Source of the DNA: Spirochaetia bacterium
GTDB lineage: Bacteria; Spirochaetota; Spirochaetia; UBA9216
Assembly: GCA_963677925.2 (NCBI GenBank)
Contig: CAXXYH010000003.1
Coordinates: 1,952,001-2,016,000 of the forward strand
Length of the DNA: 64,000 nt
Direction: 5' to 3'
The notes under the pieces are model-generated. The model did not search any database. It saw nothing but the letters and a program-made list of their open reading frames with translations, and was not told the origin of the DNA. The position numbers were made by a program, and so were the translations under genes. The stretch's first letter is position 1, and each line of letters opens with the position of its first letter. Below, in pieces: positions 20,877-31,986 of the stretch.

Positions 20877-22070
20877 TTAGAAATTCATAGAAGGTGCAGG
20901 CATTCCGGGGGCCGGGGCTGATCCTGACGGAACTCCGCCGCCCATTGGATTGGGAGCAGTCATCATATCTTCAAAAAATGATGGAGTATCAAGCTCTCCG
21001 GAGAAGACGCCCTGTTGATATTTATATAAAGTTTAATAAAGTATCTTACATTTGCCAGTTTCTGCTTGATTTCAAGCTTATCATATGAGAATTCTGTAAA
21101 AAAATCATCTGATGAATAATTCTTGTCCAGATTTACCCTGCCGATTCCAAGTTCATGATAGCCTTCAAGAACCTGTACTGCATAGAAAGAATGCTCAAAA
21201 AGCGGAAGGATGCTTCTCATCATTATCATTTCGTCGGATACTTCGCTTTTCACGGTAATCATCCTTGAAGAATATCCGGATGAAGCTGCATCGCTGCCGT
21301 ATGTTACAAGGAGGTCCCTGACTTCTTCAAGCTTGTCATATGCTTCAAGAAACCTCGGCAGCAGTGACATGTACTGACTGGAATAGCCCTTAACAAAGGT
21401 TTCAGCTCCGGCACGGAAGATTTCTTCTCTTTTTCCTGTCCAGTATACGCTGTAAAGGTTCTCATCACCCGGATCAACATCTATCCGTGTCAGATCTTCA
21501 TCAGGCCTCTTTTCAACAATACTTCCGGGAGATGCAAAACGTTCACGTCTGCTGTCATCCTCACAGGCAACCTTTCCCTCTACACAGGTTACAAGGACAG
21601 AACCCTCGGGAGCTCTCTTAACGGCGAATTCAGTTCCCCGGACGCCCATTACCGCGCTCTCGGTTTTTACATTGAACTGTTCGTTACCGGTAAGATGCTG
21701 TACCTTGAAAGCAAGCGCACCGGAGAGCATATTGATATTTGTTCTGCTGTCTCCGCCGACCTTGGCTGAATCAAAGTAAAAGGCGGTATCGTTTTCTACC
21801 TTCACCTTGGTTCCCCGATTTTTCTGACCAAGCATTTCTATTTCTATAAAACCCGTCCACTCCGGTTTCTATAAGATCATAGTTAAAGAATTTCATAACC
21901 GATATCAGTATCCCAGAGTTCGATTATTGTCTCCGTCCCGCCTGAAGATCAACAATGCCTTCAAGATACGCGATCCGGGCTATCACATCTTCTGCTGAAA
22001 CAATACCCGGAACCAGGAATAAAAGAGCTGCTATCCCCGCTCCTGTTTTTTTTAAGAATTTTCTCTTCAT
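20877..22070 (-). pseudogene. Exported FecR-domain protein interrupted by about 5 single-base indels
   Basis: Reconstructed start MKRKFLKKTGAGIAALLFLVPGIVSA-EDVIARIAYLEGIVDLQ(R)DG...YDLIETG; ORF 20963-21835 has FNVKTESAVMGVRGTEF; the alternate frame gives a Pro/Gly tail ...GMPAPSMNF* ending just before the terminator. Confidence 0.75.
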
Positions 22071-22141
22071 ATCTGCCGCCTGTTTCACTTTTTTTCAACC
22101 CAACGAGCTTTGCAGGAAGCTCCACTCACTAAAATATAGCA

Positions 22142-23399
22142 CTAGGATACTGTTCCGTCAGCATCCGCCCAATTTTCTAATCAGATTTATCACGGTGATG
22201 CAGGATTTTTCCATAGTTGAAAGCACTGCCCATTCCTTCCTGCTGTGAAAAATTATGGCCGCCTGTAAACACATTCGGTGTGGGATACCTCATCTCCGCA
22301 AGCCTGGCTCCGTCGGTACCGCCTCTGATTATCTCATATTCCGGTTCTACTCCGGCTTCACGGACCGAATCAAGCAGAAACTCGAGCCCCTGAGGGACCT
22401 TATCCATATGTTCTTTCATGTTCAGATACTGCTTTTTTTGCAGTAACTTCTACCTGACCGCCCGGAAAAACAGCCTCAACAGCCTTCGCCAGCATCTTTA
22501 CAGTTTCAACACGCCGCTCTGCTTCACTGAGGTCAAAATCGCGGATATACACGACTACTTCAGCCTCTTCAAGTTCACCCTTTATTTCGAAGGGACAGTA
22601 ATATCCGTAACGTTCATCGGTTGCTTCAGGGCTCTCATTTCTGGGCAGCATACTAATAAATGTGCTGGCCATTGTTACTGCATTTACCAGGGAACCTCTT
22701 GCGCTTCCAAGATGAATAACACGGCCTTTAAACTCAAGCTTAGCCATAAAGGCATTAAAGCATTCAACTTCAATATGGCCCTCTTCTCCGCCGTCAAGGG
22801 TATAACAGAAAACAGACTTCAGTTCCTTCACCGGAAATCGGTCCATACCCTTGCCGGTTTCCTCATCAGGAGTGAATATTATCTCAACAGTACCATGCGG
22901 AATCTCAGCATTATCCTTAAAATATTTCACTGCGGTCATGATTTCAGCAAGTCCGGCCTTGTCGTCGGCCCCGAGAAGAGTTGTGCCATCCGCAGTAATT
23001 ACTGTATGGCCGGTATATTTACCGAGATCGGGGTCTGACTGGGGTCAATCAGCACATCCGATTTCAAATTTATGGGCTTACCGTCATAATTCTCATGGAT
23101 AACCGGATTTACATTCTTCCCCGATACATCCGAGGATGTATCAACATGCGCCATGAATCCGATAACAGGAGGTTCCGGAGCTCCCGGTTTAATTCGGAAA
23201 AATTCGATTCGAGTCTTGCTATCAGATAGCCGTGCTCATTAAGGAAAATATCCTTGATTCCCAGATCTTTTAATTCTTCAACAAGCAGATTGAGCAAATC
23301 CCACTGGCACTCAGTGGAGGGTGTGACTTCCTGATGCAGATCCGAAGTTGTTTCGATTTTTGCATAACGTACAAACCGCTTTAAAATTTCATCTTTCAT
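22142..23399 (-). pseudogene. pepT: Peptidase T (M20B tripeptidase) with multiple frameshifts
   Basis: [46 protein letters not shown](H) motifs spread over different frames. Confidence 0.9.
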
Positions 23400-23444
23400 T
23401 TGATAATGATACCTTCTGCCCATTTACAAGTCAACGCGGAGAAC

Positions 23445-23489
23445 AGAAATTTGTCAAACACCTTATTTTTTTCTATCATTAATCATATA
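23445..23489 (+). promoter_or_regulatory. Sigma70-type promoter, copy 1 of a duplicated 45-bp element
   Basis: TTGTCA(23451)-17-TATCAT(23474); 40/45 identical to 24496-24540. Confidence 0.65.
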
Positions 23490-23501
23490 CTTGAAAGGCT
23501 T

Positions 23502-24497
23502 ATGAAGAAGAAAATAGCTTTATCCATAATGATGTTTCTAATTTTCACGGTGTTTGATGCAAGCAGTCTTACACTCAAACTGGCCAGTCTGCTTCCTGAA
23601 GGAACGGAATGGGACCGAAAACTGAAAAGTATGGCATCCGACTGGTCTGATATTTCCAACGGCAGGGTAAAAATCAGGATTTATGCCGGAGGTATTGCCG
23701 GAACGGAACCGGATGTAATAAGAAAGATGCGTTTTGGACAGATTGACATGGCAGTCCTGACCGCCGCCGGGATGACCGCTATAAATCCCGATTCATTTGC
23801 TTTAAGCATCCCCTTTCTTCTTGAAACTGAAGACGAGCTGGACTTTGTTCTGAATAAGATAGCACCTGATTTTGAACAGGGTTTTCAGGATGAAGGCTTC
23901 ATAGTTCTTTCATGGGCAAAGTCAGGATGGATTAATATCTTCTCGAGAACGCCGGTAGCGACACCTGATGATCTCCGGTCATTAAAATTCGCCGCATCAA
24001 TTGCCCAGCCCGGAATACCCGAAGCATTCACACAGATGGGGTTCAGGGTTGTACCAATGGATATCAATGATTTTATCATGGGCCTGCAGAGCGGTATGAT
24101 TGACGCCTTCTACAACGCCCCCATGGCGGCTGCATCCTACCAGTGGTTCGCCCTTGCTCCGAACATGATGGATCTTAAACTTTCTCCGGTGATAGGCGGA
24201 ATAATAATTTCTGAAAGAGCATGGAAGAAAGTTCCGGACAGATTCCATGCCGAAATGATAGAAGCCGCCAGAGAAATGGCAGCAGGATTCTACAGCGAGG
24301 CGCTTCAGCTTGAACAGAGAGCTGTAGGCGTAATGCTTGAAAACGGACTCCGGATTAATGAAACAACACCTCAGGAAGCTGAACAGTGGCGGGAAACAAT
24401 GCAGACAGGCATCAGCTCTATCGTAGGACCGAATAAACTGGTTCAGCCGGAAACCTACAGCAGGGTACTTTCCATGCTTGAAGATTTCAGAAATTAG
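23502..24497 (+). CDS. TRAP substrate-binding protein (DctP/TatP-like), paralog 1
   Basis: Signal peptide from MKKKIALS; LKLASLLPEGTEW, GGIAG.E.DVIRKMR.GQID, GLQSGMID. Confidence 0.9.
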   Translation: MKKKIALSIMMFLIFTVFDASSLTLKLASLLPEGTEWDRKLKSMASDWSDISNGRVKIRIYAGGIAGTEPDVIRKMRFGQIDMAVLTAAGMTAINPDSFALSIPFLLETEDELDFVLNKIAPDFEQGFQDEGFIVLSWAKSGWINIFSRTPVATPDDLRSLKFAASIAQPGIPEAFTQMGFRVVPMDINDFIMGLQSGMIDAFYNAPMAAASYQWFALAPNMMDLKLSPVIGGIIISERAWKKVPDRFHAEMIEAAREMAAGFYSEALQLEQRAVGVMLENGLRINETTPQEAEQWRETMQTGISSIVGPNKLVQPETYSRVLSMLEDFRN

Positions 24498-24540
24498 AAA
24501 TTGGTTAAACACCTTATTTTTTTCTACTATTAATTATATA
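24496..24540 (+). promoter_or_regulatory. Promoter-like element, copy 2
   Basis: TGGTTA-17-TACTAT; near-duplicate of 23445-23489. Confidence 0.55.
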
Positions 24541-24551
24541 TTGGAGTGGAT

Positions 24552-25574
24552 ATGATAAAGGTAATAAGGTATTTATCAGTTTTCATGCTGATTCTTTCCG
24601 CCGCAGCCTGCGTATCTGTTGAAGATATGGCTATGGATAAGGCTGCAGACATTCTTTCTTCCGGTTCCGGGGGCGCAAGCGTCTTCATGAACGATGACGA
24701 TCCGCAGCTTGTAGCCGACGCACTTCCGCTGGCATTAAAACTCTATGAAATGATTTTAGCCGAAACTCCCGATAAACCTGCCATGCAGCTTTCTACGGGT
24801 AAGAATTTCGTTATGTATGCCAACGCTTTCATACAGACACCGGCAGGAATGCTTTCCGATGATGATTATGAAGAAGCAGCTGCAGAGCTGAAAAGAGCCA
24901 AAAAGATGTACATCCGCGGAAAAAACTACAGCATGCAGTCGCTGGAGCTTCTGCATCCCGGATTTACCGAAGCTCTTGCAGGTAAAACAGCTGATACAGC
25001 ACTTTCAATGATCGAAAACCCCGACGAGGCGGACAACCTTTACTGGACCGCAGCAGGCTGGGTAGGCGCATACAGCTGCGATCCCTTTGACTTTGAGATG
25101 GCCGCAGAAATATACATGCCTGTAGCAATGCTGATTAAAGCGCTTGAAATCAATCCCGATTACAGCAACGGTGCGGTACATGACATCTTCATCCAGCTTT
25201 ACAGCAGCCTTCCGGTTTCCCACCTTGTAAAAGCTGCTGCTGCGGCACCTCTGAACGCGGGAGCCTTCCTTGAATCCTATTATCCGGCAAACATCAATAG
25301 TTCTCAGGATAAAGCTCTGTTTCATTTCAGAGAATCGGTGCGGATATCCGGAGGAACAAACCCCGGCACATTCAACACTTATGCCCAGTCTGTTTCAGTA
25401 AAAAACCAGGATTATAAAGAATACAGGGATCTGCTTGAAAAAGCGCTTTCTATAGATCCGGCTAAGATGCCGGATAATAAACTAGTTATAACCATCTACC
25501 AGCAGAAGGCTCAGTGGCTTCTTGACCATGCCGATGATTATTTTCTGCTGGATTTTGAGGAAGACTATGAATAA
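24552..25574 (+). CDS. TRAP transporter TatT component (TPR-like lipoprotein)
   Basis: Lipobox AAAC; DDDPQLVADALP.ALK.YE, YANAFI, RAKKMY.RG, LYWTAAGW; embedded in TRAP operon. Confidence 0.85.
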   Translation: MIKVIRYLSVFMLILSAAACVSVEDMAMDKAADILSSGSGGASVFMNDDDPQLVADALPLALKLYEMILAETPDKPAMQLSTGKNFVMYANAFIQTPAGMLSDDDYEEAAAELKRAKKMYIRGKNYSMQSLELLHPGFTEALAGKTADTALSMIENPDEADNLYWTAAGWVGAYSCDPFDFEMAAEIYMPVAMLIKALEINPDYSNGAVHDIFIQLYSSLPVSHLVKAAAAAPLNAGAFLESYYPANINSSQDKALFHFRESVRISGGTNPGTFNTYAQSVSVKNQDYKEYRDLLEKALSIDPAKMPDNKLVITIYQQKAQWLLDHADDYFLLDFEEDYE

Positions 25575-26565
25575 AAGGTTAATCATATTAATTTGTACAT
25601 CCCTGCTGCTGGCAGTATCAAACATCTACAGCCTGAACCTTAAGCTTGCAAGTCTTCTGCCGGAAGGCACAGAATGGGATCTTAATCTGAAAAAAATGGC
25701 TTCAGACTGGTCGGAAATTTCAGACGGCAGGGTAAAAATAAAGATATATGCCGGGGGAATTGTAGGTTCTGAGGCTGATGTTATCAGAAAAATGCGGATA
25801 GGACAGATCGATATGGCAGTTCTTACATCAGTAGGAATGACAGCCATTTACCCTGACTCCTTTGCCATGAGTATTCCCTTTCTTCTCGATTCCGAAGAAG
25901 AGCTTGATTACATCCTGAGTGAATTTACACCGCAATTTGAAAAAGGTTTTGAGGAAAACGGTTTTATCATGCTGGCCTGGGCCAAATCGGGATGGATCAA
26001 CATTTTTTCAAACAAGCCCGTTTATTCACCGCAGGATCTCATGGCCCTGAAATTTGCCGGATCAGTAACTCAACCCGGAATATCAGAAGCTTTTACAAAT
26101 ATGGGATTCAACGTGGTTCCGGTTGATGTAACGGATGTTCTTATGGGACTTCAGAGCGGGATGATTGACTCTTTTTACGGAGCTCCCATGGCTGCCGCCT
26201 CATATCAGTGGTTCGCCCTTGCCCCCAATATGATGAATATCAAACTTTCGCCTGTTATCGGCGGAATTATAATTTCAGAAAGAGCCTGGAAAAAAGTCCC
26301 GGATAAATATCATACTGAACTTCTGGCTGCCGCAAAGGATATGGCCTCAGGTTTCTACAGCGAAGCTGCCAGGATAGAAGCAAAAGCAATCAATGTAATG
26401 CTGGACAACGGACTTCAGATAAACGATTTGACAATTGAAGATTATTTTCTTTGGAAAAGCATAATGGTCAAGGGCATTGCCTCAATAGTCGGAGACAATA
26501 AAATTGTCTCATATGACACTTATGAAGAAGTAACCGGAAAACTCGAAGAATTCAGGAATCGATAA
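25567..26565 (+). CDS. TRAP substrate-binding protein (DctP/TatP-like), paralog 2
   Basis: Start MNKRLII overlapping tatT stop; shares long identical peptides with paralog 1. Confidence 0.9.
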   Translation: MNKRLIILICTSLLLAVSNIYSLNLKLASLLPEGTEWDLNLKKMASDWSEISDGRVKIKIYAGGIVGSEADVIRKMRIGQIDMAVLTSVGMTAIYPDSFAMSIPFLLDSEEELDYILSEFTPQFEKGFEENGFIMLAWAKSGWINIFSNKPVYSPQDLMALKFAGSVTQPGISEAFTNMGFNVVPVDVTDVLMGLQSGMIDSFYGAPMAAASYQWFALAPNMMNIKLSPVIGGIIISERAWKKVPDKYHTELLAAAKDMASGFYSEAARIEAKAINVMLDNGLQINDLTIEDYFLWKSIMVKGIASIVGDNKIVSYDTYEEVTGKLEEFRNR

Positions 26566-26568
26566 ATT

Positions 26569-28464
26569 TTGAAAAAGCTGACAGAACAGATTAGAAAAAT
26601 TGAGAACGGATTCGCATCGGTTATAATTATCGCCCTTGCCGCAGCTCCTGTACTTCAGATCATTGCGAGGCTGCTGTCAAGGCAGGCAGTTCCTGAATAC
26701 GAGACATTACTCAGACACCTGACATTATGGATTGGACTGACATCAGGTATGATATGCACAAGGGAGAACCAGCATATCAAACTCGGGTTTGATGAAAACC
26801 TGCCGGACGGGCATCTGAAAAAAGCTGTAAACAGTGCAGTCCGCTTTACCGGAGCTTCAGTATCAATTGGTGTGGCCGTTGCTGCTGTTTCTTTTATAAT
26901 AATCGGTTTTTCTCCCGACCAGAGGCTGTGGATGATTCCGGTAGGGATAATCAGCTGTATAATTCCCGTCTCATTTGCATTTACCGGTATCAGATTCTTT
27001 ACAGCTTCAGATAAAAAGCAGCCGATTCTTTTCACAATTGCAGTACTCACCGGTTTATTTCTTGCCCTTCCGTCAGTACTTAACCTCTGGTATTCAACGC
27101 CCTTCATGCCGCCTGAATTTCTTGAAGTAATTCAGGAAGGCTACTATGCGCTTTTTGATAAACTTGACTGGCTGATTGTAATCCTGATAATTGTACTTAC
27201 AGTATTCGGACTGCCTATATTCGTACTTCTGGGGGGCACCGCCTTCATTCTCTTTGCAGGCTCATGGAGTGTTCCCGAGGTTATTCCGAATGAAGTATAT
27301 AATCTGCTTACCGGTTCAGCTATTCCAGCCATTCCGCTTTTTACTCTGACCGGATTTATACTCTCCGAAGGAAAAACCGGTGAACGTCTGGTAAATCTGT
27401 TCAGAGCCTTTATCGGCAGGATGCCGGGCGGCCTCGCAGTTATGACCGTGCTGGTATGCGCCTTTTTTACAACCTTCACCGGCGCGTCAGGTGTAACGAT
27501 ACTTGCGATGGGAGGCCTGCTTTCATTCATACTGATAAAAAGCCGGGAGTATTCAGAAGACTTTACAAAGGGCCTTATAACTTCATCGGGAAGTATAGGA
27601 CTGCTGTTCCCGCCAAGCCTTCCGATCATAATGTACGGAGTACAGGCGCAGATAAGCATAAGGGATATGTTTCTGGCAGGAATTATCCCGGGTGTTATTC
27701 TGGTAGCAGCGCTTTCGGTAATGGCCATTCTCCACAGCCGCAGATATACCAAAAATAATGCAGAAGCTGCACAGGCACATCATTCTATACAAGAGGAAAG
27801 CCGAAGCATATCAAGATTATCAGCCCTAAAAGGAGCGCTTGGAGATCTGCTTCTTCCTGTTTTTATCCTCTTCTGCTACTTCGGCGGAATAACAACCCTG
27901 GTTGAAACAGGTGCAGTGGCAGTAGTGTACAGCTTTGTACTTGAGTTCTTCATATACAGGGATCTCAAAGTCAGTAATTTCAATGTGATAATGAAAAAAA
28001 GCATGCCGGTTATAGGCGGAGTTCTGATGATACTTGCGATGGCAAAGGGGCTCTCCTACTTCATTGTTGATGCAGAGGTTCCGATGATGCTGACAGGCTT
28101 CTTCAGCAGGCATATTCAGTCGCCGCTTGTATTCCTGCTGCTTCTGAACGTTGTGCTGCTTATCACCGGATGCCTGATGGATATATTCTCGGCAATCATG
28201 GTTGTAGCCCCTCTTATCATACCCCTGGGAGAGATGTACGGCATAAACCCGGTACAGCTTGGAATAATTTTCTTAGCAAACCTGCAGCTTGGGTACCTTA
28301 CTCCGCCTGTCGGACTGAACCTTTTTCTGGCTTCATACGCCTTTGAAACACCGCTTGCAAAAATATACAGGGGGGTAATCCCCTTCTTCCTTATTCTGCT
28401 TCTGATGGTGCTGCTAATTACTTATGTACCCTGGTTTTCGCTGGCTCTGGTGCCCGGAGTCTGA
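26569..28464 (+). CDS. TRAP fused small/large permease (DctQM)
   Basis: N-terminal DctQ-like TMs with HI motif; AIPLFTLTG, GLLFPPS, GYLTPPVGLNLF of DctM. Confidence 0.92.
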   Translation: MKKLTEQIRKIENGFASVIIIALAAAPVLQIIARLLSRQAVPEYETLLRHLTLWIGLTSGMICTRENQHIKLGFDENLPDGHLKKAVNSAVRFTGASVSIGVAVAAVSFIIIGFSPDQRLWMIPVGIISCIIPVSFAFTGIRFFTASDKKQPILFTIAVLTGLFLALPSVLNLWYSTPFMPPEFLEVIQEGYYALFDKLDWLIVILIIVLTVFGLPIFVLLGGTAFILFAGSWSVPEVIPNEVYNLLTGSAIPAIPLFTLTGFILSEGKTGERLVNLFRAFIGRMPGGLAVMTVLVCAFFTTFTGASGVTILAMGGLLSFILIKSREYSEDFTKGLITSSGSIGLLFPPSLPIIMYGVQAQISIRDMFLAGIIPGVILVAALSVMAILHSRRYTKNNAEAAQAHHSIQEESRSISRLSALKGALGDLLLPVFILFCYFGGITTLVETGAVAVVYSFVLEFFIYRDLKVSNFNVIMKKSMPVIGGVLMILAMAKGLSYFIVDAEVPMMLTGFFSRHIQSPLVFLLLLNVVLLITGCLMDIFSAIMVVAPLIIPLGEMYGINPVQLGIIFLANLQLGYLTPPVGLNLFLASYAFETPLAKIYRGVIPFFLILLLMVLLITYVPWFSLALVPGV

Positions 28465-28493
28465 TTGACGAGATAGACTCACACGGGTATCAT
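28465..28493 (+). promoter_or_regulatory. Sigma70-type promoter of leuS (leaderless geometry)
   Basis: TTGACG-17-TATCAT, then 7 nt (acctctc) to ATG; no Shine-Dalgarno. Confidence 0.65.
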
Positions 28494-28500
28494 ACCTCTC

Positions 28501-31011
28501 ATGAGCAGATACCCTTTTAGCGAAATAGAGCCTAAATGGCAGAAATACTGGGAAGAGAACAACTCTTTCAGGGTCGAAGAAGACCCGTCTTTCCCGCCCG
28601 AAAAGCGGATGTACGTACTGGATATGTTTCCATACCCCTCAGGAGCAGGACTGCATGTAGGGCACCCCGAGGGATACACAGCCACCGATATATACTGCAG
28701 ATACCTCAGAATGAACGGCTACAATGTCCTTCATCCCATGGGCTACGACTCCTTCGGCCTTCCGGCGGAAAACTATGCAATCAAGACTGGTACTCACCCC
28801 AAGGCGACTACCGAAAAAAATATTGAACACTTTACCAAGCAGATAAAGAGCCTCGGATTCAGCTATGACTGGAGCCGGGAAATCAAGACACATACACCGG
28901 AATACTACCGCTGGACCCAGTGGATCTTCCTTCAGCTCTTTAAAAAAGGACTGGCCTATGAGTCTGCTGCACCGATAAACTGGTGCCCCTCATGTCTCAC
29001 CGGTCTCGCAAACGAGGAAGTCAACGACGGAACATGCGACCGCTGCGGCGCCCAGGTCGAAAAGAAGAACATAAGACAGTGGATTCTCAAGATCACCGAG
29101 TACGCTGATAAGCTGCTTGAAGATCTGGACAGTCTGGACTGGTCTGATTCAATCAAGGCTATGCAGCGCAACTGGATTGGCCGGTCTACCGGTGCCGATG
29201 TTAAGTTTAAGCTGGACGGCCTTGATGATGAACTTGAAGTGTATACCACACGCCCCGATACCCTCTTCGGTGCAACCTACATGGTTGTCAGTCCCGAGCA
29301 TCCGCTTATTGAGAAACTTACAACTGCAGAGAATAAAGAGGCGGTTGAGCAGTACATATACAAGGCCTCACTCAAATCAGACCTTGAGAGAACCGATCTT
29401 GCAAAGGAGAAAACCGGTGTATTCTCGGGCAGCTATGCAATCAATCCTGTTAACGGAGAGAAAATACCGGTATGGATTGCAGACTATGTACTGATTTCCT
29501 ACGGAACCGGAGCTATCATGGCTGTACCTGCCCACGATGAACGTGACTGGGAATTCGCCAAGGTCTTCGGCCTTCCGATCATTGAGGTGCTCAAAGGCGG
29601 AAACGTTGACGAAGCGGCCTTCACAGAAGACGGCCCTCATGTAAACTCGGGCTTTCTTGACGGCCTGGGCAAACAGGAGGCGATTGAAAAAATAACAGAG
29701 TGGCTTGAATCAAAAGATCTTGGCCATGCTGCTGTCAACTATAAACTTCGCGACTGGATCTTCAGCCGGCAGCGCTACTGGGGGGAACCGATTCCACTGG
29801 TACACTGCCCTGACTGCGGAATAGTACCGATTCCCGAAGAAGAGCTTCCGCTTGAACTGCCGGATGTTGCAAGCTATGAGCCCTCCGGAACAGGAGAATC
29901 ACCGCTTGCCAGAATAGACGAGTGGGTCAACACCACCTGCCCGGTCTGCGGAGCCGCAGCAAAACGCGAAACAAACACCATGCCCCAGTGGGCCGGTTCA
30001 TGCTGGTACTATCTGCGCTTCCTTGATCCGAAAAACACCGGCGAATTCGCATCAGAAGCGGTTCAGGATTACTGGATGCCGGTAGACCTCTATGTCGGCG
30101 GTGCCGAGCATGCTGTTCTTCACCTGCTGTACGCACGCTTCTGGCACAAGGTTCTTTATGATCTGGGTGTTGTAAAAACAAAGGAACCCTTTCAGCGGCT
30201 TATCAACCAGGGACTCATTACCTCCTTCGCCTACCAGAGGCCCAATAAATCACTTGTTCCTGTGGATGAAGTCGAGGAAAAGTCTGAAGGCGTATTTATT
30301 GAAACTGCTACCGGCGAAAGCGTTGAGCAGGTAATTGCCAAGATGTCCAAGAGTCTAAAGAACGTAATCAACCCAGATGATATTATCGAAGAGTTCGGCG
30401 CAGACTCTATGAGAATGTACGAGATGTTCATGGGCCCGCTTCAGGTTTCAAAACCATGGCAGACAAAGGGACTTACCGGTGTTCACCGCTTCCTTGACAG
30501 GGTCTGGAGAATGACCGAGAAACCGCTGAGCACAGAGGCTGTTCCGGCAGAGCTTAACAAGCTGCTTCACAAGACTATTAAAAAGGTCAGCGGCGATACC
30601 GGAGCACTTGAATTCAACACAGCTATCAGCCAGATGATGATCTTCATTAATGAATCATTCAAGGAAGAGAAGCTATACAGGGAAGCATGGGAAAAGTTCC
30701 TGATAATGCTTTCAGCCTACGCTCCCCATATTGCAGAAGAACTCTGGGAAATGCTTGGAAATGAACCTTCTGTATGTAAACAGGAATGGCCGAGCTGGGA
30801 TGAAGCGCTCACTATTGACGACCAGGTAACTGTGATTCTTCAGGTTAACGGGAAGCTTCGGGACAGAATCGAACTTCCCCGCGGATTGTCGAAGGATGAA
30901 CTTGAAAAAACCGCCAGGGAAAGCGACAAGCTGGCAGCTTATATTGAAGGGAAAAATATAGTCAAGGTTATTGCAGTACCCGATAAACTGGTAAACTTTG
31001 TTGTAAAATAA
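28501..31011 (+). CDS. leuS: Leucine--tRNA ligase
   Basis: [48 protein letters not shown]. Confidence 0.98.
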   Translation: MSRYPFSEIEPKWQKYWEENNSFRVEEDPSFPPEKRMYVLDMFPYPSGAGLHVGHPEGYTATDIYCRYLRMNGYNVLHPMGYDSFGLPAENYAIKTGTHPKATTEKNIEHFTKQIKSLGFSYDWSREIKTHTPEYYRWTQWIFLQLFKKGLAYESAAPINWCPSCLTGLANEEVNDGTCDRCGAQVEKKNIRQWILKITEYADKLLEDLDSLDWSDSIKAMQRNWIGRSTGADVKFKLDGLDDELEVYTTRPDTLFGATYMVVSPEHPLIEKLTTAENKEAVEQYIYKASLKSDLERTDLAKEKTGVFSGSYAINPVNGEKIPVWIADYVLISYGTGAIMAVPAHDERDWEFAKVFGLPIIEVLKGGNVDEAAFTEDGPHVNSGFLDGLGKQEAIEKITEWLESKDLGHAAVNYKLRDWIFSRQRYWGEPIPLVHCPDCGIVPIPEEELPLELPDVASYEPSGTGESPLARIDEWVNTTCPVCGAAAKRETNTMPQWAGSCWYYLRFLDPKNTGEFASEAVQDYWMPVDLYVGGAEHAVLHLLYARFWHKVLYDLGVVKTKEPFQRLINQGLITSFAYQRPNKSLVPVDEVEEKSEGVFIETATGESVEQVIAKMSKSLKNVINPDDIIEEFGADSMRMYEMFMGPLQVSKPWQTKGLTGVHRFLDRVWRMTEKPLSTEAVPAELNKLLHKTIKKVSGDTGALEFNTAISQMMIFINESFKEEKLYREAWEKFLIMLSAYAPHIAEELWEMLGNEPSVCKQEWPSWDEALTIDDQVTVILQVNGKLRDRIELPRGLSKDELEKTARESDKLAAYIEGKNIVKVIAVPDKLVNFVVK

Positions 31012-31077
31012 ATGAGATTATTAAGATAATAATTTCCATTATTCAGGAAGTTCAAACAATCTTAGTTTTGAACTCAT

Positions 31078-31120
31078 AAAAAAAACACCGTACAGCCTAT
31101 GCTGATGCGGTGTTTTTTTT
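31078..31120. terminator. Bidirectional intrinsic terminator
   Basis: A-tract, caccgta-cagc-ctat-gctg-atgcggtg, T-tract, between convergent genes. Confidence 0.8.
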
Positions 31121-31136
31121 CATTGTTTTATAATAT

Positions 31137-31937
31137 CTATGCCTCTGGACCGGAAGTTACAACCTTAAGCTTGGCAATTCCATCAGTTAGAGTGTCTATG
31201 ATATCAGCTGCCAATGCCCTTCCGGCAGATTCATCAGACTTGCAGAAGACAGCCTTAAAATCTCCTCCACTATCAGCGAAAGATGATACATCGACTGTCA
31301 TAATGGAATAGTAATTTTTATCTTCAGAAGAGTCTGTGAAATAGAATTCTCCATCAAAGCTGCCGGTAGTCAGACCTTCGAAATAAAAACTCACATAATC
31401 CCAGGTGATTTCTGACTCATCGACTGCAAGATCATCCTCTTCACCTAAAATATAATTCTGGCTGTAGTCAGAATCTGTATATCTGACGATTCCGGGAACG
31501 CCGCTTCCAAGCGCGGCATCATACTCCGGATTTTCACTGTCTGAAAAACCATGCAGCAGTGTAATTTCTGTTCCGTTCATTACAAAGGTAATACCGTACT
31601 GCATTGTCGCAGTTACAGTCCAGGTAAGGGCTTCCCCATTCTCTGCTGTAACTGTATATTCAGCCGCAACTCCGTCTTCGATAGACTCCGGACCTGACAA
31701 CTCAGCAAATTCTGAAACAGTTATCTCAGGCTCGAATAAAGATAAGTCCATCAGTTTTACTGTTACTTCAATAGTCCGCGCCGCAAGATCAATTACCGGC
31801 TCACCAACTATATAGTCGGAAGCATAATCCAGAATTACAGCCTCTGATGACCCGAACATGGTCGTAAACACATCACATCCTGAAATTCCCGCCAGCAAGA
31901 GTACAATAATCAGTATAAATAAAAGATGTTTTTTCAA
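31137..31937 (-). CDS. Acidic lipoprotein of unknown function, tandem paralog A
   Basis: Lipobox ISGC; YTVTAENG...TWTVT Ig/cadherin-like motif. Confidence 0.75.
   Translation of the reverse strand: MKKHLLFILIIVLLLAGISGCDVFTTMFGSSEAVILDYASDYIVGEPVIDLAARTIEVTVKLMDLSLFEPEITVSEFAELSGPESIEDGVAAEYTVTAENGEALTWTVTATMQYGITFVMNGTEITLLHGFSDSENPEYDAALGSGVPGIVRYTDSDYSQNYILGEEDDLAVDESEITWDYVSFYFEGLTTGSFDGEFYFTDSSEDKNYYSIMTVDVSSFADSGGDFKAVFCKSDESAGRALAADIIDTLTDGIAKLKVVTSGPEA
31810..31885. repeat. Direct repeat shared with 32669-32744
   Basis: 75/76 nt identical; a second 47-nt identical block lies at 31633-31679 / 32492-32538. Confidence 0.9.
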
Positions 31938-31986
31938 TTTATATCTCCTTTCAAATTTTAAATTGTCAATTTTTATAAATCTATCT

